64,000 nt of DNA from positions 301,196,001-301,260,000 of the forward strand of contig CM126205.1 in the NCBI GenBank assembly GCA_052327205.1, given 5' to 3'. Source of the DNA: Somniosus microcephalus (taxonomy: Eukaryota). The notes beneath the pieces were generated by a model, which saw nothing but the letters and a program-made list of their open reading frames with translations, did no database searches and was not told where the DNA came from. This document shows, in pieces, positions 1-12,360 of this stretch. Position 1 is the first letter of the stretch. Each line of letters opens with the position of its first letter. The translations under genes and the position numbers were made by a program.

Positions 1-180
1 CTACTGTTAAAGTGGTTAGTTACCAACAAAAGGGAAGAATATGGGAAAAGCCAATCCTTCTTCTGATTTACCAATCTTGAAGGGCAAGCTGAGATAAAAC
101 CAATTACTTCATCATTGCCAATCCAGAATTTTAAAAAAATTAAGTGACCAGTTTCCCCAGCAAGACACCAGCCAAACAAA

Positions 181-1390
181 CAATAATGAAAGTAACATGC
201 AATGATATAGCCCCTTTAATGTAGAAAAGTGTCTCAAGCACCTTCACAGAAGCATAAGGAAAAGAGTTGTCAAGCTATAAAGGGAGGCATTAGGAGAGGT
301 GACCAAAAACATGGTCAAAGAAGTAGGCTTCAAGGAGGATCTTATAGGAGGAGAGGGTGATGGACAGGTGGAGGCATTTAAGGATGGAATTCCAGACAAT
401 GGAACCTAGGCATCTGAAGGCACAGCCACCAATAGTGGAGAAAGGGTAGGGGGCAATGCACAAGAAGCCAGAGTCCGAGGGGAGTATAAGGGGAGAGCGG
501 GGAGAGTTTAGAGAAATAGGGAGGGATGAGATTATGGAGGGATTTAAAGACAAGGATAAGTATTTTAAATATGACGCAATGGGGGACTGGGAACCAGGAG
601 AGGGGTGATGGGCAAGTGGGGCTTGGGGCAGGATAGAATATGGTCAGCAACATTTTGGATGATCTGAAGTTTGTGGATGGTGGAGGATGGAAGGTCAAAC
701 ATGATGTCACGGTTGCGAGGGAGGGGGATGGAATTGATTGCCAGGTACAGAGTTTGTATTGGGTACAAAGATGGTGGCTTTGGTCTTCCCAAAATTTACC
801 TGCAGGGAGTTAACAGTTCATCCAATGCTGGATGTCAAACAAGCAAGCTGACAACACAGAAACAGTGGAGGGGTCGAGAGAGCTGATGGGGGAAATAAAG
901 CTGGATATTATTGGAGTTCATAGAGAACCTGACCTTATGTCCATGGTTGATGTTGCCAAGGAGCAGCATGTAAATGAGGAAGAGGAGGAGACCTACTGGA
1001 TCCTTGCGAGACTCCAGAGGTAATGGTGCAGGAGTAGGATGATCAGCCATTACTAAAGATGTTCTGGCTACAATTGGATAGGTAAACCTGAAGCCAAGCA
1101 TAGGCAGTTCCACAGAGCTGGACAATGGTGGAGAGGTATTGAAGGAAGATTATATGAGATCAACTGAGTCAAAAGCTGCAGAGAGGTCAAAGAGGATGAG
1201 GAGGGATAGTGCACCAGGGTCATAGCCAGCAAGTTATTTGTGACTTTGGCTAGGGCCATTTTGGTGCTGTGGAGGGGGAGAAAACTTAATAGGAGGGATT
1301 CAGTCAGAGTGCTGCAGGTAAGGCAGGCACAGATCTGGGATGTTTCCTTGGAGAGAAAAGGGAGGATGGCGATGGGAAGGGTGTTCTTCA
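181..1390 (-). mobile_element. Degraded L2-type LINE, 3' portion with internal deletions
   Basis: Minus-strand RT-like remnants (ALAKVTNNLL; KLQIIQNVADHIL; FKILILVFKSLHNL) and an L2-type 3' end like the copies at 11320 and 50268. Confidence 0.8.
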
Positions 1391-1419
1391 GGGGACTGTG
1401 AGTGAGGGGATCGGAAGGT

Positions 1420-1726
1420 AACTAGGGGGCATAGTCTCAGGATAAGGAGTAGGCCATTTAAGACCGAGATGAGGAGGAATTTCTTCACTCAGAGGGTTGT
1501 GAATCTTTGGAATTCTCTGCCCCAGAGGGCTGTGCATGCTGAGTCTTTTGAGTATATTCAAGGCTGAGATAGATAGATTTTTGGACTCTAGGGGAATCAA
1601 GGGATATGGAGATCGGGCGAGAAAGTGGAGTTGAGGTCGATGATCAGCCATGATCTTATTGAATGGCGGAGCAGGCGCGAGGGGCCGTATGGCCTACTCC
1701 TGCTCCTATTTCTTATGTTCTTATGT
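1420..1726 (+). mobile_element. CR1 LINE 3' fragment
   Basis: Encodes the RRNFFTQRVVNLWNSLP-type ORF2 C-terminus, followed by the 3' UTR GGCCGTATGGCCTACTCCTGCTCC and a TCTTATG tandem tail. Confidence 0.9.
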
Positions 1727-2699
1727 AAGAAATTTGCAAACTGACCTCCATTTAGTTACTTGGTCACAGTTGCTTTCTGTCTGCAATGGGAATGCTTTGA
1801 TTCTAAACACCACAGGGCGGTAATTTGAATAGTCTAATCTGGCAGCTACCATGAGTGGTAGAAAACAGACCATGTGGACTGTAAGCAGATTGATCCCATT
1901 ACTGACTGCTCAGATGGAAACCCAGGTCCTCATTATCTAAATGTATTGTCTGAGCTGGTGCAGCTTTTTAAAAGAAATAGATTTTCATTTTGATTTCTTC
2001 AAGCACAAATCCTTTTGCTAGCTCATCTGAAAAGTCAGAGAAGGTACTGACCCATCAGCAAATTTGACCATACAGCCAGCGGAAGCTTTAGCAGCAGTGT
2101 ATCCTAAGACTTTTGGGGGGGAAATGAGCAACTTCAACAGCAGGCTTGTATTTCAGGCTTGGAATGTAACATAACACTAATGTATTTCTCCAGGACATTC
2201 TATAATCTTGTGATCATCATACTTACAACATTGCTGCTTGTTATGCTCACCCACTAGGGGGTCAAGTCTTTTGCCTACCTGTTGCCAACTGAATGTGTAC
2301 GAGCATTAAAAAAAAGCTACTGTTTCACAACTTATCAAACCAGTTTCTTGTTGTTTCTAGAAATGTTTATATATCCGTGTTTTGTACTATGACCTCCGTG
2401 CATTTAAGAAAATATATTAAATATACGCTTTAGCATGGTGGGAATAACTTTTCAGAAATGTTATCATCCTCATGAAACAACAACTGTTGCCACTGGAGAA
2501 CAGCAGAAATGACCAGCTAATAGAGGCAACGCTTCAATGTACCAGGGTAAGTGGATGTTTTAAGGGTAGCAATATTGTTCTTGTAATATGGCTTCTTTTG
2601 GTCACACCCACAATATACAGTGAGCCTAGAACAGCCCTGTATAACTGTATAATGAACAATTCAATTAAAAAGGAGCTGCAAAAATGCATCCCCACCCCC

Positions 2700-3408
2700 A
2701 TCCCGATAACTTTTTTCCAACATGCAACGCCCCCATTTTTGAGTGTGAATGGGGCAGTAGCAGGCCAAAATGGTGGTGCACTACTTACCACCCCATTGTC
2801 GTCGACATCCGACCTGACGTGATTTTCGAGCAGGCCGAGAAACAGATGCGCATGCCGTCCTCCGCCCCACCCCTCGCCCGCCCAAAATAGGTGGGTGCCT
2901 ACTGAAATATGCCAAGAGGGCTCCTACACTCTCTGTAAGGCCCCAGTTCAATTTTGGGTGGAGCATGCACTCTGTGCGTTTCGTCCAGTGGATCTGAACG
3001 GCGAGTGGCCAAACCAGCAGGCCTTCAAGCGACTGTTGCAGGCCCCTCTGAAAGCAGGGAACAAAACCACTGTGGTGTTGATTTTTCTGGGGGTTGCTAA
3101 GAGGAGCATGAATGCTTCTCCTAGCCTGAGAAATATCTTCCCAATCGCTACCAGTCCCTCTGTGCCTTCCTTCCATCCACCCAACCCCAGCTTTGTGGCC
3201 AGGTTTCCATTACTGCACCCCCCCCACCCCATTCCCGATCGGTGAACTGTTTGTCAGTGCTCATTGAGCACTGGTAACTATCCAAAAGTATTGTAATGAG
3301 GCCCAAGCATGAAAATGATTCAGGCCTCTCACTGGTGCCATCGGGTGGGCAGTGCAGTCACTTCACCCACCGCCCGCCCAATGTGCACACCAAATGAAAA
3401 TGAGCCCC
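2700..3408. mobile_element. Probable degraded non-autonomous DNA transposon (Harbinger-like)
   Basis: GC/CpG-richer island ending in AAAATGAGCCCC, similar to other MITE termini here. Contains the palindrome CAGTGCTCATTGAGCACTG (3255-3273). Left terminus not seen. Confidence 0.4.
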
Positions 3409-4029
3409 TACATGTCTACATTCTTTGTAGTGCAAAGGGATGCCTGTTATACTCAAAAATTGCTCTGAGATTAAAATTCTGGACCATTCCAAATAACACA
3501 GCTCTCCTCTTTAATATAAATCCATTTTTCTAAAAAGTATTCATTTCTACAAACAAAAGGACATATACTATAGCACCCAAATATTTATTTATTTTAAATA
3601 TGTATTTTACATTCTAGTATTGGTACCGTGCATTCCAGTATTCATACTGTTTAGTTCTTCCTAACTGCCATGTGATATTTTTGTTAATGAGTAGTCTAGA
3701 TAATACATTAAATGGTTTTAAAGAAACCCATTCTGACAAACAATTAACTAACTCACATTTGCAAAGGTGAGAATGGGTGGAGGGACAATTAATCTACTGA
3801 TTAAGTGGGCGCTGTGTGCATGAATTGCAAAGCTGTAAATGTCTGTGTAAGGAATTTGGCTCGCAAAGCAGCTATCCTGTCTAATTCTTAGTAAAATCAA
3901 TAATAAAGTACTTTTTACTAATACCCTAGCTAAAAACAATAATAATCGTCTACCCTTTGAAAAAGATGCAAGAAGTGGCCTGCTTGACTTTGTATTTTTC
4001 CACTATTTTGTTTCTAATGTTCTCTACTT

Positions 4030-4287
4030 TACCCCTCATATTTGAAGGGTGGTGACTCATGCTGGGGTATAGTTCTTTCTTTTGTGTTGGCATAAGTAGG
4101 CATTCTTCACATGTGCTTCTCAACAATAAGTGTCAGCATGCTAATCAATATGAGGCCATCATAACTGAGGCTGACCCTGAGGGTCCTTGCCTAACGTGCA
4201 CACCTGCACTTTCAGGAGGGCTTTGTGTGTAGCGAGTAGTAGTGACCCCGGCCAATTTTCCTTCCCTTCTCTAAACCAGGGACACTC
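4030..4287 (-). mobile_element. Old tRNA-derived SINE fragment (LmeSINE1-like)
   Basis: Reverse-complement similarity to the other copies in the window (14775, 33105, 48990). Confidence 0.55.
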
Positions 4288-4399
4288 AAAGGAAGACTTG
4301 GATTTATATAGCGCCTTTCACAACCACCGGGTGTCCCAAAGCGCTTTACAGCCAATGAAGTATTTTTTGAAGTGCAGTCACTGTTGTAATGTCGGAAAC
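4288..4399 (-). mobile_element. DeuSINE (SacSINE1/AmnSINE1-like) 3' tail fragment
   Basis: GACTTGGATTTATATAGCGCCTTTCAC...GTCCCAAAGCGCTTTACAGCCAATGAAGT...GTAATGTCGGAAAC; closely similar to 17299 and 21800. Confidence 0.8.
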
Positions 4400-5009
4400 T
4401 CAGATCAGTACCAGCGCCCCGGCTGTCTCATTGTCGGCTTGAGTTTTCATGGCTCAGTGTCCCAACTGATGATGGGCTTCTCAGTCAGTCTTGCCTGTTT
4501 TGAACTGACTAAGCCCGGGGAGCCCCAATTGAGTGTCCTTGCCCTAGCCAACTCATAAGATCAAACAAAGTCACAAGGTGTGATGGTTAGTATTCTCGAA
4601 GGTTGAGATCAGCTCATTTGATCTCAACCTACCCGAATACCAACCCTACCATCTTCTCATTACAGCCTCCAATTGTTTCCTCAATTAATTCAGTGTCCTG
4701 GCCTCTCTTCTCCTGCAGCTGTGCCCCATTCTCCAGTTAGCAAATGGTACAGGAACAGATACATCGGGGGCTAGTACTTGCCTGTTGACAGTTATAAATT
4801 CCATCAGTTCCCTGCATGTAGCAACACATCCCAAAAAAATCAATTGTTCTCGCCTACCAGCAAACAATACATCATTATAATATGTGGACGTATAATATGT
4901 CCATTTTCCTATGTATTATGTGATGAATGTTGTATGCAGAAATCACTTCAAGGTCTGTTTTCATTGTTTTTTTAGTGTATAACATGCATTCCACAAAAAC
5001 ACACTTAGG

Positions 5010-5290
5010 CTTCAGGGTGGGGGGACATCACTGACAAATCAGATCCCGTTCTTATGCAACATCCATCCACATCCCTGTATTTTCCAGTAGGGATCATTTG
5101 ATAACAACCAGGAACGGGGACCCTGACTGTTTTCCCCCTTCCTAGCCCTGGGGCAATGAGCCCAATTGTAGTGCCCTAAATGCTGCCTCAGCTCAGATTG
5201 TCTAACTCAGCGTGTATCAGGAACCAGATCTACAACCCTTATTGCTCATTACTACCCTGGGTGGTGTATTTAGTCATTGAGAGCTGTGAA
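5010..5290 (-). mobile_element. LmeSINE1-like SINE
   Basis: CCCTTCCTAGCCCTGGGGCAATGAGCCCAATTGTAGTGCCC...CTAACTCAGC is the reverse complement of the core shared by the other copies. Confidence 0.65.
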
Positions 5291-5802
5291 CAGGGCAGGG
5301 GGGGGCTCATTTTTCAGTATAAAATGGCACTGGCTGTATGTGAAAAATTCTGAAGCCCTCCAAGGGAAGAAGTGTAAGTCATTTTTTTTATATAATAATC
5401 AAATGAACAGTTATACAGGATAACACCTTTAAAACAACTCCTTTAAATGGGTACATACGTAAGTGGAGTCAACTGTATAAAGTAAACAGTAATAAAGTAT
5501 TCCTATACCGGCTGCACTATGCGTGTGATCCAAGCAGTGACAATTCACTGTTTAAACAAATGCTAAAGTAGCATTTGTAAAGTAACTGTGTGGCACAAAA
5601 CATAACACTATGAAAAATGGATTGCTTAAAATGGCATATCGGACAGCCTATGGCAAAGTGTACGATGCTATATCTGATACTTGGCCTCTGACAGCTGTTA
5701 GAAACCTCCCTATAGTTTGAAGGTAAACGCTGAGGCATGCAATGAATTTATGATGTGGCAGCTGAAAATATCAGTGTAATGGCTAATGTTGGAGAGGCTC
5801 AC

Positions 5803-5991
5803 CATTGTCCTCTTGCCCATTGGCCTCTGGTGTTCCATGCCGGGACAGTTCTTCAGGCGCTTCTGGATAGATGATGGCTGTGTCACTCCGCTGCAAGTAT
5901 TCCGCAATGCTAACCGCATGGCTGTCTCCTTCTTCGAGCTTCCGTTTGGCAAAATACTCCTCAAGATCTGACGTGCAATCTACAGTCTTTC
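5803..5991 (-). CDS. ZEB2: ZEB2 coding exon (equivalent to human exon 5), 189 nt, phase 1/1
   Basis: Translates (G)[62 protein letters not shown], including the ZEB-family [16 protein letters not shown] motif. Acceptor TTATTTTAG, donor GTGAGC at 5802. Confidence 0.97.
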
Positions 5992-6763
5992 CTAAAATAA
6001 TATATTGAGAAAAAGAGGGAGGGAGAAGAATGTCAGTTACCCATAGTCCAATTTTCTCTACAAGCCAGAGTGACTTGGCATCTCTCGAGTCACAATGCAC
6101 AGCTTTGAAGGACTGCAATTTTACTTGGAATTTTTGCTTCCCCATACTGTTTAGCTCTTGTGGGAACTCTAACTGTTAGGTGGAGATAGCTGAAATAATC
6201 ACAAACAAAGCAAATAAAACCACAGCCTTCATTAGCCAGGAAATGACAGACCCTTATTGGTACATGCTGATTACAAGCCTAAACTGCCTGACTTGCTGGC
6301 ATGCCAAGTTTTACTTCTGTTTTCCTCAGCCTTGTTATCTTTCAGGGTTTTTCCTTGAATTTTTTTTGTTACAGACATTTCAAACTTACACTGGAAACCT
6401 AGGTGCTATTTAAAGAAAAAAACAACATTTACAACAAGAGACTTCAGTAACATTCTGACTACCTAGAGCCTTTATGCTCCCAGAAAGAGGGCTTTCCCTC
6501 CACTCCAGTAACTGCAATCATTTGGTGTCAAAGATAAAGTTAGGCAGTGTATTGACAAATTACACTGGTTCCTTAACATACTGTCTCATAGTGTGTTAGG
6601 ACATGAAGCACAAGATTCCCTCATGGTGAATTCCTGATCCAGCAAGGAGAAGTGCCAAGTTGAAACTATGGTGCTTTCCCACAGAGTTACCCCATGCTCT
6701 TCCTATACTTCTCTTAGTGACCAGCATTAGCAAATAGATTGCCTGCCACTCCTGTACATATTA

Positions 6764-7220
6764 GGGAGAAAAATTCCTGGCAGCGACCCTCAGATAAGTT
6801 CTGTGGTTGGGGTGGGGTGGGATGGAGGTGGGGGGGCGGGTGGCTGGTTTTGGAGCAGGCAACAGGGGTAGGGGGTCCGATTGTGAGGACTGCTGTAGAG
6901 TCACTCTTGCCCCTCCTGGTTTCACAGAAAGGCTGTTTTTATTTGTAATTTACCTTCAGTTGGCAGCCACAGAGGCCACTGAAGCATCCTGAGCGCAGCA
7001 GGCCATCGGTAACACATTTTGTAGAGGGGTCCTTCAACAGGCCACTAATTAACATATTCGAGCAGCCTTTTTTAGGCAGCATCAAAAATGGTCCCGATGA
7101 ATTTAGCAGCGGGCACAAAGCCTGCGCAGATTGGGCGCAGTCATCCCACTGCTAGATTGGAATACTTTGCGCCTGTTTTTCGCCTGAAAAATGGGTGCAA
7201 TGCATACCAATTTCCACCCC
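6764..7220. mobile_element. Probable Harbinger-like non-autonomous element
   Basis: GC-rich island bounded by loose inverted termini GGGAGAAAAATT ... AATTTCCACCCC. Confidence 0.45.
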
Positions 7221-7224
7221 ATGA

Positions 7225-7285
7225 TCTAGGTTGACACTTCAGTGCAGCACTGAGAGACTGCTGCACTATTGCCACTTCTTTTCCA
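7225..7285 (+). mobile_element. DeuSINE core fragment
   Basis: TCTAGGTTGACACTTCAGTGCAGCACTGAGAGACTGCTGCACT resembles 62991-63050. Confidence 0.55.
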
Positions 7286-8772
7286 AGGCCATCATGGCCA
7301 CTAAACATAAATACTGAGAGTCCTTGAGTCATGACCTACCCAAGACCGAGGAGATAGAACACTTTTATTTGTTCCTACCCAAGTATACTTATCCATGGTG
7401 GAAAATGGAATGCCAGCTCTAAATCTAATCACCCTTCCTTACACATTCGTACCAAAGGACTGCACACCCAAAGCTACCAGCAGGCTTAAAAGGATTGTTG
7501 AAATGGTGGCACTGTGCCCGATAAAGAATGGATGACTAGCCACAAATACACAGTCCTGCAGAGAATTATAAAAATAAAACTGATAACCATTTGTCAGTCT
7601 TAGGGGATGAAGTCATAAAAGGGATATTTGTGAAATGCATTTCCTACATGAATTTTAAACAAGCATTGAACAAAAGGAACTGTCTCATATTTAACCATTT
7701 TTTTTCCATATTTATAATTTTAGAATGATCATTAGAACTATGCAGTTTGTCCTGTTAAAGAATAACAGTCACGGAAATTCAAAAATACAAGTTTTTCTGT
7801 AGGCAACATGTTGCAACTGAACCTCCCTTGTAAGGTGGAGTGGCAACCCGTTCTTTGAAGATATGAGGAAATGCAGAAACACACCTGCTAAATGGGGGTT
7901 GGGGGTGGAAAGAGACCTAAAATATGTATTTAAATCTTTCTTTGGTTTTTTGATGCACTTGCAGAATCAGAAACAGCTTAGCTGGTTGCTTCTGTTTATT
8001 TCAAAACCTGTGACCAGTTTTCACGAGATTAGCAAAATATGTCATAGTGCAACCAGTTACTGGTAAAGTTCCCATCTGAAGTTAAATTTAGACCGAAACG
8101 TATGCCTCTGTGGTTCAGTGTTGCAACTTTGATTTGCATTCTGGAAAACACCTTGATGAACTGAAAAAAAGTGTTCAACCTACTAACCGAGAGAAAGGAG
8201 CCCATCTGCAGCCACCTGCATAAAGACTGTAAGCTTTCAATAGTGCTGCGCTATGGCTTTGACGAAAGCTCTTTATCAGGTGGGAAAAATTCTCGGAATG
8301 CCCGTGAACACATGGCTGCAGGAGTGAGGTCAGCCCCCCACTTACAATCAGTTGTTGGATTCACCCGGGATAGCTTTGGACAGCTTAGATCAGAATTAAA
8401 GGGACCCAGCTCCTTAACTGTCCGCTGTTTAATTTACTAGTGTTTACTTAAAGAATAAGCCCATTTAGACGGTAGAGACTTTAGACACACAAACATTACT
8501 ACATCTGTGGCTTTCAAGCCACACACAAGGAACTGAACCCACTTGCTCGGTCAGGGGTGGGGAGGGGAGGGAGAAAGCTGGTTGGAAGGCACAGGAAGAC
8601 CGAAACTTTAGGCCATTGTGAATCCAATGGAAGTGAACCCACAGCTTCAATCATCGTAGAGTTTCATCCAGCCAAGCTTAGAAACAAGTGAATTTTACTT
8701 CACGGTGGGGCTTTTATAATAAAACCTCATACTTGTGCAGAAGGCATGAGTCACAGCTGACGTTGTACTCAC

Positions 8773-8844
8773 CTGTACTGTTACCTCTACTAGGCTGAAG
8801 TGTGGCTTCAGGCCCCATAGTGTCATACTCTTCCTTCATTTCTT
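8773..8844 (-). CDS. ZEB2: ZEB2 coding exon (equivalent to human exon 4), 72 nt, symmetric phase 1/1
   Basis: Translates (E)EMKEEYDTMGPEATLQPSRGNST (human EEMKEDYDTMGPEATIQ...). Acceptor TTTTCTCTACAG, donor GTGAGT at 8772. Confidence 0.95.
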
Positions 8845-10984
8845 CTGTAGAGAAAAGTGACATGAGAAGAGACTGAGTATTTATGAGCTTTAATTGTGGT
8901 GTTGTAACCTGCACACTGCCAGGCACAGCAAACCCTGGTAAAGTGAGGTATTCTTTTAAAGTAAACACAGGAAAGATTGCTCTAAACTCTTGTCTACAAC
9001 GTCTTTGTTCTGGCCTTTTCAATGAATCCAATCACCCGGGCCAGACTAGTACTTATTTACCTTCAACATTACAGCTAGCAGTGAAAAACAGAGGTACTCA
9101 CAGAAGAAACTGAGGATTGAAAAGTGCCAAGCATTAGAAGGTAAGAGAGAAATAAGCAAAAAAAAAGACTGTCAGCTTCAGTAAACAATCAAACCCAGCA
9201 ATGTTAAACTATTCTCACAAAGACACACTGAATTAAAGGTAATTCTGAGAAGCGACCATTAGAGATATAACTATTGTGCTGCACTATTTCTCATCTCATG
9301 TGACTCATGTGAGTCATGAGCATCATAAGTTTTCCATCTGAGGGCACTTGAACCAGCTGAGGAAAAAAAAAGACACAGTATTTTTGCATAATACCGGTAA
9401 TGCTCAAGATTTCTGCTTCACTTACTTCCTCAGTGTCATTTTTAGGTAAAGGGTGAGAGAAGTTGTAATGTCCTGCACTATCTGTTTGCTGCCCCAACAT
9501 TCATAAATAGGAACAATGTTTACAGATCTCTTTCTTGAGCTCAGTTTTGTTGTTGCAATCGCATAGACTGTGTGGCACCTTTAGTTAAAACCGCTACAAT
9601 CATGGCCTTGTAAACAAATCAGACTCAAAACAGAAAACTCAGTCTGTGTAAAAGAGGCAGTATCCCTTTGGTCGGTCCCCAGAGGGCAGGTTTGAAAGAA
9701 AAACAGCACACAAACACACTCTTCTCTTTTGCATACCCCATCATCAAGTTCAAAATAATCAATGTGCTGTAATAAATAACATGACAGGCATAGATGGCAG
9801 CTATCAGAAAGCCTAATCGTTTAGCATTGCTTAGTAAATTTTAAAGTACTCTCACCACACAGACTACTGCCGAGAGAGCAATGTTGTTTTATATATATAT
9901 GTATTTGTTTCAATGGCCATGCTTTGTTGCTGTGATTTTCAAACAGCATTGTCCTAAAATGGATATTGTTCCTTTTTTTTAACAAATAGGAGAAAGCAAT
10001 GAACCTAGTGCACTTTAAAACAATCACAATGTGTTATTGTCTATCACGCATGGAAGAAATTTCATAGAAGAAGTACTTAGTTCTGGACAAGAAGGGTTGA
10101 ACAAGCAAAAGGAGCAGACACGCAGGTGATTTATTTGAGCGTCTGTCAGTGATAATGATGTCATGTTTTCCAGCACACTGTGTCCACCCATTGTGGGATA
10201 AAAGAATGTCAAGGACAATTCAAAACACAAAACTTTTATTGTGCTGTAACCGGAAGGAACAGTAAGAACTCGAGCAGGTCAGCTATGCTCTTCAACTGAG
10301 AACCTATTTCCTGCTAACGAAGTATCGTAACACAGGAGAGAGAGAGAGAAAAGAGAGGCAGCGGATCTGAAAGAGAGTGCAACCTGAGCTAGTGCTAGGG
10401 CAAAACATCTTATTGAGTGTCGCAGGAATGAAAACGTCTTGAGAGTCTGGCAACAATTGGTCAAAGTTGAAGCAAGAGTTGGCTGGGTGGGTGGCTGTGT
10501 GTGTGTGTGTGGGCGCGGTGGGGGGGGGGGCAGTGGAGGGACAGGAAGAGTTGTAAATAGCTCAGGTAAAATAATTTAATCAAGGACAGCATCTGTGTTG
10601 CGGGTAGAATTGTAAATAAGCTAGCATCTGTGTTGTCGGCATGTGGCACCCTACTGCCAGGGCCAGACGAGGGTCTGTTCTTGTGTATGGGAGGGAGTTA
10701 ATGTTGAGCAGTCACTGTATGGGGACCCCAAACTGCCTTCAACCAGTCAGTCCCTATTTGTACCGCTCCCCGCCCCCCCACCCCCTGCACAGTTTGATAT
10801 ATTGAATCAAGTGCAATAGTGGTCTTATCTTCAGATATTTGGGGATAAAATGATTCCTACGGCAAAATAAAGTCTTACAAATGGAGTGCGTGACAGCTGC
10901 CTTCCAACTTGTGGGTCACCAGTTTCTTGGTGCTATTGCAAGTAGGCACAGAAACATGACATTTGGTAAGTTTGTCTCGATTCC

Positions 10985-11218
10985 TATCGTGAATCTTTGG
11001 AATTCTCTACCCCAGAGAGCTGTGGAGGCTGGGTCATTGAATATATTTAAGGTGGAGACAGACAGATTTTTGAATGATGGGGGAGTCAAGAATTATGGGG
11101 AGCGGGCTGGAAAGTGGAGTTGAGGCCAAGATCAGATCAGCCATGATCTTATTGAATGGCGGAGCAGGCTCGAGGGGCCAAATGACCTACCCCTGCTCCT
11201 ATTTCTTATGTACTTATG
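10985..11218 (+). mobile_element. CR1 LINE 3' fragment
   Basis: VNLWNSLPQRAVEAGSLNIFK coding remnant, CR1 3' UTR and CTTATGTA tail. Confidence 0.9.
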
Positions 11219-11319
11219 GAGCAGTTTGGTTTTGAAAACTACATTTTAGCAATAAACATTATTTTAATAAACTAAATGGAGTGGGAGTGTAAAGTTGCAC
11301 ATGAGACCTCAGAGATAAT

Positions 11320-12040
11320 AACAACAACTTGTATTTATATAGCGGCTTTACTGTAGGAAAACATCCAAAGTGCTTCACAGGAGCATAATCAGACAAAAAT
11401 TGACACCAAGCCAAAGAAGGAGACATTAGGCCAATGTGATCAAATGCTTGATTAAAGAGGTAAGTTTGAAGGAGGGTCTTAAATGAGAGAGAGCTGGAGA
11501 GGTTTATGGAGAGAATTCAGAGTTTAGGGTCTATACGGCTGAAGGCAAGACTGCTAATGGTGGGAGGAAGAGAGTGGGGGATGCACAAGAGACCAGAATT
11601 GGAGGAACAGATTTGGGAGGCAATCAACACGTCCCAGGACTTTGGAGAGCAAAGGGAGTTTGGAGATGGAAGAGTAGTTTGGAAGGACAGAAGGGTGGGT
11701 TTTTTGAGAAGGGGAGTGATGATGGCAGATTTGAAAGAGAGGGGGCAGTACCTAAGAAGAGGGAACCGTTTACAATATCAGTTAGCATGGGGGCCAGGAA
11801 GCAAAGTTGGGTGGTCAGAAGTTTAGTAGGAATAGAGTTGAGAGAGTAGGAGGTCGGAGCTGAGCTCGGAGAGGGCATAGGAGAGTTAGAAGAAGCTATA
11901 GAGTTCAGGTATAGGGCCAGGGGGAAGCTTGGCTTGGTGGGCAAGGGGAAGGGACAGATGCGACAGAGACAGCTGAACGGATGGTCTCAATCTTAGTGAC
12001 AAAGAAGTCTATGAGCTCCTCGCACAGGTTGTTGAAGGTG
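11320..12040 (-). mobile_element. L2 LINE, degraded and internally deleted
   Basis: 3' end AACAACAACTTGTATTTATATAGCG... and the ORF2 remnant LNSIPTKLLTTQLCFLAPMLTDIVNGSL. Confidence 0.8.
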
Positions 12041-12360
12041 AATAAAGCTGTTGAATGTCCTTATTCTTAATCATTTAAATAAGCTTTTCCTCAAGAAACA
12101 GTCGTGCTCTTCTGTTTATACTGTTTGAAGTGTTTAAAGCTAAATGTTTGAATATTTCCTGAAGAGTGAATGGTTTAATAGGGATGAGACCTAAAGCTTC
12201 TTTTACATTGGGTTTAGCAGGGTAATAGAACCGTTGGCTGCTGGTGCACGAGCTGTTGGACAGCAAGAGGCAATCCCAAAATAAACGTACTAGCCATGCA
12301 AAGGCTGGCAGATGGGAAAACCTGATAAAAAAATTAATTTTACTGACCACTAGCTATAAT

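Noticed and set aside
8070-8105. Possible hammerhead core (CTGAAG...GAAAC)
   Set aside because: The core deviates from CUGANGA and there are no convincing stems I or III.
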